Shown: positions 14,155 through 29,100 of the stretch, one piece after another
Layout of the letters: the number at the start of each line of letters is the position of its first letter
Position numbering within the stretch: position 1 is the first letter of the stretch
Assembly (NCBI GenBank): GCA_051362555.1
Contig: CM120642.1
Location: 8,680,001 to 8,744,000, forward strand
Length of the DNA stretch: 64,000 nt
Source of the DNA: Lingula anatina
Lineage: Eukaryota > Animalia > Brachiopoda
Direction of reading: 5' to 3'
Notes under the pieces: generated by a model
The model's database searches: none
What the model saw: the letters and a program-made list of their open reading frames with translations, nothing else
What the model was told of the DNA's origin: nothing
Made by a program: the position numbers and the translations under genes

Positions 14155-16796
14155 CTGTGAAAAAATGGAAATATACATGTATGTATAATATTTCATATAC
14201 AATAAAATATAGAAGAATTTAACAACTCCATGTAAGAGTAATCACTCAATTTGATTTAGATCAGAGTTGAATAGTTATTATTGCATATTAAACAAAGGCA
14301 GACAAAGTACTAATGTCAGTTGGCAAAATAGACAGTAAAAATGTACACTTATTTTCAACCAAGGTTCCTATGTCATCTCAGTCCTGATTTAACTTTTTAG
14401 TGGGGCATAATTGAAGGTTTTAAAATAAGACTAAAAGGTAAAAGCTGTAAGTGTCAATCATGTCACCTGATATAAAACACCGTTTAAAAGATTTAAAACT
14501 TTTAACAGCCATAAAAAGCAGAGCAATTTTACTTTGCATAAATTACTGTTGTTTTAAAGAATGAAAAAATATCATTTCCAATGGGCGTGTGGCAGATTCT
14601 TTTGCAAAAAAGTCTTTTTTTGTCTTACAACATACATTCTAATAAAAGTTTTTTGTATTCTTGTTTTTCCGAGCCAAAAATGTCCTGACTCAGTTCTGAC
14701 TAATTTATAAACATTCCATCACTACACATGCTCTGGAAACAAAATATTTCTCTTCCAAAAGCTATTCAAAATGGGTCAAATGTATCACTCTGTATAAGCC
14801 TGATCTTTTTTTTCCACCAGTAGCCTGTAATTCATGTGCCAAGATTTACTTAACAAACAAATCAGCTGCATGGTGCCAGGAACAAAAGAGCTGAGGGGGC
14901 CCCAGAGCTTAGAATCAACATAAATATAGAAAATTATGATTTTTTATTGTGCTGCTCATTGTTGAATCCTCTAAGCTAACCAGCTATATTAGTGTACTAT
15001 TTGGAAAAGTGTCAGGTGGGCGACATTAAATTGCAACTTTATTTTGGAATTTTTCACAGCAACAACACCAGAGAAAAATCTTGTCACAACATCACTATTC
15101 ATGATAATTGGAGAGTAATAAAATAATGAAATAAAATTGGAAAGTCAGAAGGGAGGACGGGGGCACAGAGATTGATTTGGGTCTGTACATCAAGCCATCT
15201 TTCACATTTGGCTACATGCAAACAACAAGGAAAAAAACAAAGTTTTAGACAAAAATGAGCTCATGCTTTTTCCCTTTTCCTTCCAGTATATTTTCTCTTT
15301 TTCTTCTTTTTGTTAAATACACCACAGGCCTCGTCAAGGCTATGCCCTCTGTCATTGCGCCAATTGTCTCAGTGTCTTCTGGGTGACTGAACTTGGTACA
15401 CACCGCCGTGTCCCCGTAAAAAGTTCACCAAGAACTCTACCTCCTTCCTTCAGTAAAAATACTCAGGTACAATAATCGATAATGTGACCAGCCCTCTGGT
15501 CAACGTTTCTTTTTCACCCTTTCAAGACACCTGACTTTTTGATTCTGAGGTGAGATTCTCAACTCATGGGTGCACTCATGCGTGCTCGCTGTGACTGGTT
15601 TTTACCTTCAAGGTGAAATATTAGTCGCGTGCACCCAGGCATGGTGATGCATGAATTCAAGTCGAGTCAGTCTGGCCGAAAAATGAATGGAAATGAGTCG
15701 AGTCGTTTGCAAAAGAAATGAGGACAAATTTGAAATAAACCGAAATTCTGAGTGTAAAGTTAAACCCAAGGCAAGTGAATGGGTAATTTATGCTAACACA
15801 GGGCTGTGCCTTAGAAAGAAAAAAGAAAAGAAAGAAATCCTTATGTCCAATACCATACAAATCATGAAACTTGTATAGAATTTACCACTAAAATAACAGT
15901 GTAGTGTTGGAACAGGAGAAATGACTTTTTGACATGACATTTGAAATGACACTTTTGTTGAAAGAATAATTATTTCATATTCAACACAACCAAAAAATGA
16001 AATAAAGGACAATTACAAAGACTTGATGATAAAGCAAAACAAAATCAAGCAAAAAGTAAATGAACAAAATTTACTTAATTTTTTTAACTAATACCAAACA
16101 TTCCACTGAGATATGACAGGAGTTTTAGTTATCAAATATGAATTATGTATCTCCAAAAGTTTTGACCCAAATACTAGTACATGCCTCTCATGATGTTCAT
16201 ACTTTAACCCACATACACTTCAGTATCATGACAGACAGAGGGCAAAAACAATGTGATAAACACTTCAATAATTATAATACTTTCCCAGACAGTACAAAAA
16301 TGTTAATAATCTTTCCATAACCTTTGTTGGGAGAGGCCAACAGATATATTTGACCTCCTTGACATAGAAATGAAAGTGGAGCATGTAAGATAAAGGTAAT
16401 TTGCTGAGGTCAGCAATTATATTGTAAGAATAAACTTCACTATGTGAAATGATTAGTAAAATTTGTGATGACAAAAGATATATACCTTTGATTTGCAGTT
16501 TTTAATAATATTAAAATATTTTATATCAATTTCATTTAACTTTATGTTTTTCTTCAATCTAAATAAGTTTCAAACAAACACATTCAAGACAAAAAACATA
16601 TATACATAATTGTCATGACAGTTACTTTATAAAAATGTTCTTACTAGTATTCAGAAGTAACTCATATTACACCAAAGACATGCAATCATAAAACAGATCA
16701 AGAATATATATATTTGAAAAACTCATAAAATCAAAATTTCATAATTTGGTGAAAAAAAAAGTTCTATTTTTCTTGACTAAATTATAAAATACTCAC

Positions 16797-17143
16797 CGTC
16801 TCAAAGTCCAGAGGCTGCTGCAACGTGAATACACCCAGGTGTCTATCCAGAGCAAAGACGGAACTTCCCCAGTTGTCAGCTTGCAGGTAGTAAGCTATTT
16901 CTCCATTCAGTCCCATGTCAGCATCTGTGGCTGTTATCCGAGCCACGGTGGAACTCACCAAGGCATCTTCTTGAATATCAAAGGAGTAGACGCTCTGGGT
17001 GAAACGTGGCGGATTGTCGTTGACATCGGTCACTGTCACCATGACAGTGGTCGATGAAGTCTGAGCACCATCGCTGGCCTCGACTGTGAGGGAATAAGAT
17101 GGCGTTGTCTCTCGATCTAGTGCCACACGTGTTGTCAGAACTC
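16797..17143 (-). CDS. FAT4: Fat4 coding exon 3
   Basis: tgtag|GVLTTRVALDRE...PLDFET|gtgagt; phase 1 to 0. Confidence 0.9.
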
Positions 17144-19756
17144 CTACAATTAGAATGAGCAAAGAAATCCCAAAGTTAGCCACAGGCATTTTCAGAGAGA
17201 TGAACAAATATTGTCAAAAACCTGTTATATACTGTTTCAATATTCTGCAGTCATTCTTGTCCTACAGATGCTCAATGGAAGAGTATACATGATATGCTCG
17301 CACTGTATCCAGCATATGCATATTACAGCTCCATATGACTGTATGTGATTCTATGGTCTCAACATCATATAAAAAGTCCTATCCTTGTCACAATATTACA
17401 ACCTGTAGGTCTACATCACTGTAGCAATATGCTTATCACAGTACACAAGACTTTTACGACTCTTCCCTTCCAGCAGAAGAGAAATAAAAAAGTGCACCAT
17501 AGAGGGAAGTGGTCCGTATGTAACACCTAAGCAACACCTCGGGCTATTGCCAAGGAAAAATGCTCATTTATAATGCAGGTTTTAACTAGCTGTTATCAGG
17601 GAATGTCTTGTTAATGTGGGTTTTATACATTTTTGTTCCCACCATGCAAACACTATTTCAAGTGAAGTTACAGTAGATTCTCGTGAAGTGTATCAAAATC
17701 GTTAATTCAAAAACTAATCCTCAAATGTATGCTTAACCTTCTCTCTTCTCCCCCCCCCCCCCCCCCAACCAACCCCATTCAAGCTAATAAGTCAATCAGT
17801 CACAATTAAAAAGGGAAATTTTAAACTGTGACTGTAAGCTTGGAAAACATTCAAAGTTGTGAGCTTACCAAGGCATTCAAATAATGAAGATAATTTGCTC
17901 TTTAATGGTTACTTAAATTCTCATTATGCATTACTTCTGTATCAAAGAGAGTCAATTAGATTAAAGCTGCTTTTATACACACAGACTGGAATGATTGAAA
18001 GAACAGACTAAAGCCAGTATGAAACTATTACAGTGTATTTTATAAAACAGGCACATGCAAAAATTAATCTAATTACATCAATTATTGTAAGCCACTGTGA
18101 TACAAGTTCAACTGACTCTTCTTAACACGTTAGAAAGACTTTTAAAATGTTTATTCTCTAAATATCCATTGAACAAGTAAATTCCCTTTTTTTTTTCAGT
18201 TATATGTTCCCCAACAATACTGCCAGACCACATGCCTAAACCATTTAATCTCCCGAGGTGAGATATCTGTAAAGCACAAAGTGGGACCTCTCAACCTTTC
18301 ATGCAATACTTGTCAGGAAATGAAGAAATATACTTTTTGTTACAAACACTTCCAAGGCCAGTTGCTTGGTCTATTAACTCGATTAAGTTGAAAAAAAATC
18401 ATGTTATTTGAAACTCTTGGAATTCTAGGCACATAACAGTGCATTAAAATTAATCAGGCCTGGGGTATCAAGGGGACAAATATAATGACCTTGAAATATA
18501 ATTAAACACAGCTATATTTTCACATATATTTTTTCTGTCTGCCACAATCATCTGAAAGCATCAGATGAGAACATTTCCACTTCCAATGTATTCTACATGA
18601 TGGCACATAAAAGAGCAGCACGTACGTGAGCAGACAGAACTAAATGCCTGTTTGGATTAATAAAAAAAAAAAAAAATTAAAGAAACCATTACATGTCCCC
18701 TGCTAAGTCCCACTTTGTTCAAGTATTTCTCAATAATTCTAAGTCTCAAAGCGATGGCAGTGAAAAAAGGGGACAAAAAAGAACGAAAAAATTCAGGTGG
18801 GGATTGCATCTCACAGGGGAACATATCACAGCACAGGATTCTTGGTATCATGTTTTTAAAGCTGTTACTAGTTGTACAGAATCTAGTCCAAGGTAACCAC
18901 ACTTTGTTATAACATACATTTACAAGGCTAATACTTCCAGAATAATACAAGACTTACTATAATTCGCTGACAATATGGTGAAAAGAAAGAAATCCCATAC
19001 TTCTCTATTCTATAGTCAAAAACATTCTTTACAATCAAAATTATACTTGGTGGTATGAGAAAATGTGAGGAAAATTGACACTACAAAAGAAAAAAAACTA
19101 ATTGATTAAAAGCATAGTTTCATTGTTTCTCATAAGCTTGTCCATCAGACTGTGAAGCTTAAGAGTACATGTCAGTATTCCAGACGTGCAGAGACTGCGT
19201 GTGCCCGCTCCCACGTACAAGGAAAGCTGAGAGCCAAAAACTGCAGAATTTTGACAGCCCATCCATCAATTTTGTTACTGGATCATTAGATCATAAATTT
19301 GACTCTTGGCTCCTTAAATAAAGATGTATCTTATACTACAGATATCATTATTACACACTCATTATTCTGATAATCTTAATCTCAGGACACAAACGGTTTA
19401 ACTTTTTTTTTTCCACTATTTAACATCACAAGCAGTAAACTGTTAAAGTGCCATCTAAAGTCATGATGTAAATATCCAAAGCTGAGTAAAAATAGTTTTG
19501 TCATTCCCTTTTTCATTTCAATATTAAGAAATAAAACAAATTCAAATTTGCATTATTTGGTGTACCCCTGTTGCCTGACTCAACCCCCTCTCACCATCCC
19601 CTTTCATCTCAGAGAAAAGTGGAGAGATAAAATTCTATAAAGTGCTGCAATCTTTATGACAATAGCATGCTTCTTTTAGGACAGATCTCTGTCTGTCTCT
19701 TCCAATCATTTAAAAAGCAAAAAAAAAAAAAAAAAAACACACACACACCCACCCAC

Positions 19757-19955
19757 CTGTATTTCCGTTCACTTGGAACACACTCAGGTCTCCGCTGGAG
19801 ATACGGTAGGTCACTGTTCCCTCACTGTCCACATCTTGAGCCACAAGACTAGCCACCACGTAGCCAGGCTGGACATCTTCAGGGACGTCCACTTCATACA
19901 GAGATGACCCAAAGGAGGGAGGGGTGTCATTCTGGTCTAGTAAGGTGATAGAGAC
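19757..19955 (-). CDS. FAT4: Fat4 coding exon 2
   Basis: ttccag|VSITLLDQNDTPPSF...VNGNTG|gtgggt; phase 0 to 1. Confidence 0.9.
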
Positions 19956-20062
19956 CTGGAAAGAATGGAGGAGAAAAAAGATTAAGTCTGATGTAAGAAA
20001 AACACTCAATCTTGATCATAAGTATGAATAAGTATTGTTTTTTCAATATCTACATCTTTATG

Positions 20063-20170
<108 letters not shown>

Positions 20171-23100
20171 GAGTGGTCACAGATAAGACAAGCTTAGTCA
20201 TGCAGGTGAGTTTTTTTAGGATGTATAAGATATCGATGTCCTAGTAGACGATTGACCTCTTGGTGTCTCATTGCAAACTTCTGACAACCCTGATTTGAAA
20301 ATGTGATGGCTGCACCTGTTCACCTGGTGTAAACTTTCCTTTCAACTGCACCTAATTTACCCCACAAGTTTCGTCAACTTTGGGAATACTTGCGGGTAGC
20401 TGAAAAGCCTCTTTTCGAGGATCTATTCTCACATTGTCAGCTGAAGGAAGTGACACAAAGATTAGGGGCTGTAATTCGGAGGAGAATACGAAGTGGATGC
20501 TTCAAGTGGGTTAAGCTCAACCACGGCCTGGGATGTGACAAAAGCTTTGGATTATGTAATGAAATACTGAGGTTCTGGTGAAAGGCTTTTGAATCTTGAA
20601 TCACATTCACTGGTCTGTGACCAGAAGGACATTCGCGTAGATCACCATTCCACGATTCTCTGTTCAGACAGGACCAATCCGATGCAAAAAATCACATGCA
20701 GCAAAAGAGATGTTGATTACATCTTGTAATGGGGTAACAGCATGTGGCCATGTAATCAACACGACTTAACAAAATTAACTTTTGTATCCATTCTAGATAA
20801 AAAGTGTGCAAAAATGAAAGACCAATTTGGATGTTTGTTTACTTTCTTCTTTTTTCAAGTGAAATTAGTGCAGAACTGACGTTGTTTCGATGAACAGGTT
20901 TTCAAGTACAGCTGCAAGAAAAAATCCCAATGTCAGTCATTATCCCACCTCTGTCATTTAATAATAAGGCTCTTATATTGAAGACTGTCACAATAATACA
21001 TCCAATAACAAGGATGAGTGAAGACAAAATTGCTTCATGTATGTCTCACAAATCACTGAGCCATACATCCTCTGTGACTAAGAATTCTCATTTTCTCCTT
21101 ATCTCTCAAACTTTTATTCACCCATCAATAAAGAGAAAAATACTTAAAATGTCCTTGACTTGCCAAATCCCTCTCCTATTTTCTTTTCCCATTAATCATA
21201 AAAGATGAAGACTGCTACTAAAAGTTCTTTATCACAAGAATTCCTTCATTTTCAATCATTTCTATGTTACAAATCATTGCATGCATAAATATATGTATAA
21301 TTCACTGTAATTATCCTGATTCATTGCTTTTTTCTTCCTACGATCTCAAAAGAAAAAAGGTAGCAGTAAAAACTGAGTTTCATGTTCCATATTTCCACTC
21401 CCACTTGAAAAGCTCAATAGCATTAAAGTGCCAGGTAGTGTAAAAGTTTGAAAAATAGTCACTGAGGGTCAAACTTGTGCTCGAGGTACATGTTAACAAG
21501 TCAAAAGCACCGTTTAACCCAGATGTGCACTGTGAAAGCACCGGTTTTCCTGTCAACTCTGTCTACCTAAAAGTTCAGAGACACAATGTGTGACATGGGA
21601 ATTTGTCTCACATGATGGGCCGAAAAGATGTGCGATATTTGTATTCAGTGACACTCTCGGTTTGTATTCATATGCCATCTTGATGGTTGAAAAATTATCA
21701 AAATAACTGAAATAATTTTGTAAGACTGGGATGAAAATTATCAAGAAAGACTTCATCATCTCAAATGTTACTAATTTCAGCATCAAAAACATTTTTATTG
21801 AAGACTTATAAACAGGAAAATGTTTTCACTAATATAGAACATATTTCTCTTGCTGGTAATTGTAAAACAATATTTCATAAACAACACTAGTATTTCATTT
21901 AGTATAGTGCTTGTTTATGACTAAATAATTTTCTTCTTTGGTCATGGTTGGCAAGTTTTGAGACTTCAAAAACTTAAACATTGAGGTCATGAAGTTCAAA
22001 AGGTGAGCTCTTTGTGACATAAGTGACCACCTCGGCAGTGTAGGTCAAGTGGTCAAAATGACTGGAAAATGGCCACAAAGAGAATGTAAAACAATTTTAC
22101 ATGCTATCTTTCTGGTGACTGCCCCAACTGAATACAGACTAATATTTAAAATGTCAATCTTTGATTCAAATTAGGTTGTGTTTTATTGTTTATGTATATA
22201 CTAAATTAAAAATCTATTTCTAGTTGAACTTTGATGTTTAATTTAGATTATTGTATATTTTTCATATCTTTTCCAAGCAATCACATTTTACAGGAATTTT
22301 TCATAATGGTACCTCATTTTTAATATGAGACAATTACTCTTTTAATGTTATGATATTTAAGTCTATGACTTATATTCTCCATCCAAATAAGAAACACTGA
22401 TCTGCCTATTTAAAAAACTTCCTTTAAAGGAAATTTAATTTTGTACAAATGTTAAATTGTACAAATCAGTTGCTTTAAGTGCCTTTAATTTTATTTTTGG
22501 TCACTCAAAGTGACCAGAGTCCACTGATATAGGACCAAATGAAATAGCCTATCTCAGCAGCCGAAGTAACACAACACTACAGCAATGCATCCTCCATCAC
22601 CTCCCATTGGCAGTCTGTGTGTATACACTACCCCTACATTTAACCTATTTAATAATCCAAACAGCCGAGGCCTTATTCAAATACAAGCTGTGTGGGACAT
22701 ACTTCATAACAAAACACGAACTCCCATTTTGAATTCTACCATAGAAATCCATGTTATTCTTTCTTGAGATGGAAATGTAAGGTGTTTTGTGGCACACTGT
22801 ATTTACACTGCATTGTACTTGAACAAGGAGACTAGCAGCACTACTCTGGGGACCCCAGCCTAATACTACACTAGTGCCCCGTAAAATGGGAGAAACTCGA
22901 GGACTTTCAATCTCTGAACATAGACAGGAATGTCTGTTTGAACTTTCACAGTTTCAACGAGTGGTTATGATCGGCTTTGTGTTACTCGGCATTCTGCCTG
23001 TTGATAATCACCCCTCCCACTTTTGAAAGGGTCCGAAATGAGGTGCAATAATGAGTCACCGCCTACAGTAAAGGTGTTGTAACTATGATATCTCTTACCC

Positions 23101-26100
23101 CCCTCCCCTCCCCAATAATCACCCCTGAAGAACCAGTGTCGTACAACTTGCAAGTAATGAAAGTCAAACAAGTATAGAAAGGGGGACAGATTCTAACCAC
23201 TGATAGCCTTTTATTCCACATCAATGAATCGACTGGACTGATCAAAGATGGCAGACAAACAATGCCCATTGAAGGCGCAACGTAGGATACTTAAAAGCAA
23301 AAGCGATTAAGAAGGTCTTTGTACTGGCTTACCCCTTGGACATAGTGAATGCTATGATTCAATATGTATTTCTTTGTGAAGACACCTGCTATATGAATGA
23401 TCTTAGACCTTGAGATGTTTTATCTTTGAAAATGAACTAATGAGAGATAATGAAAAATAAATTGTTGACATTCCTTCCACTTTCTCAAATACTTAGGTAA
23501 GAAGAAAGAAGGGGGGAGTAGGAAATATGTGAAATTTTAAATAAAATATGGGAAAGGGGGATGGGACATCAGAATTCTCATAATTTTACAATTTGATAAA
23601 TATTCCAACTGATGGTATGTTTATTTTCACCATGTACGCACAAATGATATAAAACATACTGTGAAAAATGAGAACAGCAACTTGTCAACAATATAACATA
23701 TTCTTTCTCTTAAAAAATCCACCTTCACTCCCTCTCCCCCCCCCCAAAAAAAAACAAAAACAAATAATAATAAAGAAAAAATTAAGGTTTATACACGTTT
23801 AAATTAACACAAATAGTTACTAAGCTACAAAAGTACAACCAACTTTAGTCATGAGTTTCTTTGTGAAGCCATTCCCAGGTATAGTCCTGGACCCTCCCAC
23901 TGATAACACCTGGGGGAGACAAAGGGGGGACATCCTACTTCCTTCCATTATCTTATCAACTTTGAGCATCTACAGTCAACCTCTAATTTCTTCTATTCCA
24001 AGGCAGAAACATCCTAAACTCTTTCTACATAACCGAGATAGTGCTGATTATATCAATCAGGTGGTTGAAATTTAGCACATTTTCTGTTGATGAAAGTGGG
24101 ATCAAGTGGTTAAAATTTAGTATTTATATCTACAATCAATATAAAATATGCAGGTTTCTTTATTTTGATCTATGACTCAACTTGGAAGAGGTGACAATTA
24201 TATTTTCATGTCTGTCTACAAAATATTGGAAATAATTCAATAAGAGCAATAAAAAATATTTGATATCCATATTGCTAAATATTTGTTATTCTGAATCAAC
24301 TGCAATATCAAAGTCAGAGTCTAAGCATTTATAAATAAACCATTTTAATTTTCTTTTAAAGAAGGGGACACAAAACTATTAGAACTCTTCCTTGCTTCCA
24401 CTAACATTCAAGGTCACAATTTAAGTCAGCAGGCAAGACTTAAAGGCCCATCTCCTTAATCACAAGTTAATGAGTTCCTTACAGGTAAGAACTCTTATCT
24501 TTCCACCTTGAAAGGGACAATAAGAAAGCTGTCACTTTCAACTCCTTTCACTTGATCACAATCATTTATCTCACTAATTACTTAATTAACAGAGGAAAAT
24601 TCTGAATGGGTTTTGCATTGGTTTCATAATAGTTATACACAGGCTGGTACTGGGCTGGCGTGCAGACAACTTGATCATACTTTCCTACTTTTTGAAAGAA
24701 AGCCATCTCTGAGAAGCTTTATCTTCCTTATTTTATTGGTCATCAATTTGGTCACCAAACTGCCATAAAAATTACCACACAGCCATTAGATAATTGCAAC
24801 CTTAAAGTAATCATAAACAAACTGTCATAGATCAAAACAGCGATCCAACGTATTGATAAAAATTTCCCAATCATAAGGACTATTATTTTGTTGTTTTATC
24901 TAAATGGAGGAAGGTGACTGGTCAGTAAATTGCAATCAAGATAGGATCAGAGGAAGATTGCTATTTCCCCATTGTTCCTTGATCAGTGCCATGTTGTACA
25001 CCTTTCTGGTGAGGAAAAGATAAACTTGGCATTCAAAACAATGTCTTGTCACACTATAAGTCTCTTGAACCTGTTGCATTATTTCTTTACTCTTTGAAGT
25101 CTTCTTTCATGTTGTATAAAAGAAAACTTTTGTGTCTTGTCAGTTCAGGTAAGTTCTGCTCTTGTCTCTGGCTTAAGGGGGGAGGGATTCACCTTCTTTA
25201 ATGGCAGGAACAAGTGGTGAGTTATTTTAATAACTAGAAATGATTGCTAATAGGTTTGGGGACGGATTTAAATAAATGATTCTACAATTTTTGCTTTCGT
25301 TAAAAAAAACAGTACAACACATAAAAGATAAATTCTCTCCAAATGCCAAAAATTCAACCACTACAAAAATTTTACTACTGCCTATATCATCTGGGCGCAT
25401 TATTTCAATCTCTACCCCGCCCATATACTCTCTACCTGTAACCATACATCATGGATCTCTTTTTTCCAAGACGGAAAAATAAATCTAAAATCTACTAACT
25501 TCACCATTTAATCTCTTTTGACAGATGAACTGAAGTTACTTCCTTTTACAAATTACATACAATAACTACAAATTCCTTATGATTCAAAAAAGAAATAAAG
25601 AAAAATAAGTAAATAAATATGATTATAAAAAATCAGTCATATATGACACGAATTTGAGGTAATCTGAGGTTAATTAGATCTACTAGTATTTGTAAAATAT
25701 TGATAAAAAAGCATGTTTTTTATTCTAAGTGACCACAAAGTCACCGCACTTCCTTAAAATTCACCAAATGTCAAGAATTTAGATGATGAATGAAAGAGTG
25801 ACCTTATTAATTTTCTATTATTTCCCCTTGGATTATCTGATAACATCAGACCAATGGTCAGGAAAGTGGCTTGTTAAGGTGTACTTACACAAAGTCATTT
25901 CTATTCAAATTCAAAAAGTTCTCTTACACAAGAAAGCAGGATGACATTTTGACTTTTTTGTATGAAAAAATGTACAGTTTTGACAAACCAACAGAATGAA
26001 CGATTGCCTTATTCACTCAAAGGTAGACCAAACCAGACATGTATCAAGAGTGGATCTAAATTTTCTCTTGTGTAAACAGGACTTGAATTTTATTCTCAGC

Positions 26101-29100
26101 CAGATACCATCGTTATAGTAAAACAGGTAATGGTGGCTACCTCCACTGCAAGTCTGAGATAACATCAACATTCCTGTGGACTGGATGTATCATAGTAGGA
26201 ACCTTTGGCTGGGGTGATTACAGGGACCAGAAAAAAAAAACTTAGGAATTCAGTCTCAACACTAAAACCAATATTTCTAGTCTACTTTGGCTCAAGATAA
26301 ATGAAATATTGCACCTGTTTTCTAAAATGACTCTTGTTTTTAATTGTTTTTAATCAATACATATTTGGTTATAGAAACTTATCGTTGATTTATCTCGAAG
26401 TTAAGACCAACTTTTAGACTTATGTGAAACACCAACCCCACGTGAGGAATGAAGAAACTCTTATCTGACAATAAAATCAGTGGATTTCTCATGTCTGTGG
26501 ACTTCTAACTGAACAGGTATGCCACGAATTCTATACATTTGTTATGCAGGAAGTGAAGCACTTCCAAATAAAGAAAAATTCCAAATTCTCTTTGAAAAAG
26601 TATGACTTCTCACACAAAATGTGTAATGCAGTGCTTTTTTCGAACAACAAGTTGCCTGTCCACAACAAATATTTCATTTTGCAATTTTTATAATACAATT
26701 CAAAACTGATATAAATCTAGATTTTCCCCAACTAGTTCTTTCACAACAGTGGTCACTCCACTGTACATGCAGAGTTGCTACCTGGCCTGATGTTGCATCT
26801 TTCTTAAGCCATCCAGCTTAATCCCGCTTAAGCTGGCTAATAATCCACCCCCCCCTGTGACAAGATAGGACAGCAAGGGGATTTAATTAAATCCAACATA
26901 AAACATGCATTGCCTAATAACAAAGCGATGGGAATGCGCATTTGTGTACTGACATCTGTTAACATCAAATTATTTTCTTCTCAAAACCACATTAGATTCT
27001 CATTGAGATGCCAGTGCTTTGTTCAAACAGGAAATAATACAAAGTCGCCCAAACATAATGCGCCTAACTGTTATATTTATGTGGTTTAAATGATCTTTCC
27101 TGAGCTGGCTAATCTGACATGGCATAAAACAATGCAGGGGATAATTTAAACAAAAATGAACATGTTTAAGTTAGAGTAAACTTTGAAATATATTGAAATA
27201 TACTTATAAAACTGGTGTACTTAGCAGGGGGCACTGTTGACAAAGCATGCCTTAAAATTACAGGTAAGATAACATTTTTAACACACACAAAACATAACAA
27301 AAACACATATAATAGTAGGTTTCAGGTAACTTTTTCAAAGAGCTGTGCGACTGTTGCCAATTTGTTGAACTCCTAAATGTATGTAATCAAAAATCCATTA
27401 TTAGTTGAAGAAAAGGTGGATTCATATTACTCTGAAAAATAAAAATTAAATCACCTGTGGATAATTAGGTGAGCACCAAACTATCAGAACTGAGAGTGCC
27501 ATCTTTTGTTCCTTTAAATAAACTGGGAATATATTTTTAAAAACGGAATAAACATATTATAGAGAACTATTCTTTCCCAGAGCTGATTGCTTATTTCTTT
27601 ATCGTTATGAATAAAAATTCACAACACTCATATTCAAAAAGATAGTGTCACAGATAAGGACTTCAGAGGGATTGGGCTATCTTTCTCTTCATCAACAATC
27701 CCAAGCATGTGTCACAGTTTCAGGTGTCTATTAGTGGTTACAGACAGGACAGGTAGGATGAATAAGTTTTTTTCACATACTAACTAGTATTATGTTGGTT
27801 GCCAATACACAGTGGGAACCAGTGAAGGGATTAACTTAATATTCAGCCCAAATTTTTAAGGTCACCTCAGCAGAGCCTAGTGATAAAGAACAAAAAGACA
27901 AGCCAGTCTTTTAGCTGTTTAATAATGGTGAGGTCTTTAAATTCCCATCAAGATCCTTTGTGCATATAGTTTTCTATTTTTCTTAGTAAGACTGCAAGAG
28001 GTATGTATTCAAAGACTATGATGGATTTGAATTTCACATGGAAAAATGTGCCATGGCTTGTACCGTGTCTCGCTCTTTCTCTCTCTCATAGTATTACTCC
28101 CCATTTGGCTTGCAATCTTTAACAGAGTAATACAAGATTTAAACTGTCAACTGTGACGAGTGATATCAATATCAAAATTCAGCATACTTCAAATTTAATC
28201 CAGCTTCACTCAATAATCATTCCCTGATGAGACCCTAAAATAAACCACTTACATCACAACAAATGCATAACATTATCTAATGCTAATCCAGGTGAGTGAA
28301 TTAATGGACATAGTATTAACTGTCAAACTAATGCCCAGTGTCCAAATGTCCAAGCAAGTAATCAGGAGGACCAGGAGCATATAGATAAAGCAGAGAGAAC
28401 TTAGATACAACTAGCCGTTCATGGTGATAAGCTTGATTTCTCCTATCTTGGATGGAGAGTTGACAGCTGGCAGGCAGCAGTGCCCTCCTCGAAGAGAGAT
28501 TGGTCAAGAAAATGCTGAAACTGATATCATAAAGGCATGCCTTTTCACAAAATTCTCCAATTTATCTGTTGATATCCACTGTACATAGGCTTGTGGGGAA
28601 TCAGTTCAACTTTCAAATGACTTCATCTTTCATTGGGTCAGTCCATAATGCCATATAGTCATGGGAGAAAAACTTTCACAATGGCAATTAGTGTTACCCA
28701 CTAACTCTAATACAACTCTATCACAGGTAAGAGAAAACAGAGCACCTAAAAAGTCAAGTACCATTTTACCCCTATGGGATACAGAAGCATGTAAGCATCC
28801 AAGATGACCAGAGTGCTTGACCACTCCTGGACAAAGTTGACCCAGCACTCTGAGGGCAAACACTGATCATTGTGAGGTATTAAGTGTGGGGTGGTCAGTC
28901 AACAGAGACTTTCCCTGTCACACTGGGTTGTGATGAGGGGAAGGGTGCACTGAAGACGTACTGTTAGGCTTGGAGTGGTATGCCAAGTCAATATTGAGAT
29001 CTTTAAGTTACAGTTACTGCCAGTCACCAGAGTTGACACCTAATATCCACTACTGCGTTGATAGCCATAGCTACTAGAGACCGAGAAGAGTTCCTCTTAA

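Noticed and set aside
15541-15780. CpG-containing patch in Fat4 intron 3
   Set aside because: May be a TE fragment or enhancer, but shows no TIRs, Pol III boxes or ORF.
26365-26440. MITE-end-like sequence ending GTGAAACACCAACCCCA
   Set aside because: Only one plausible terminus; cannot be delimited.
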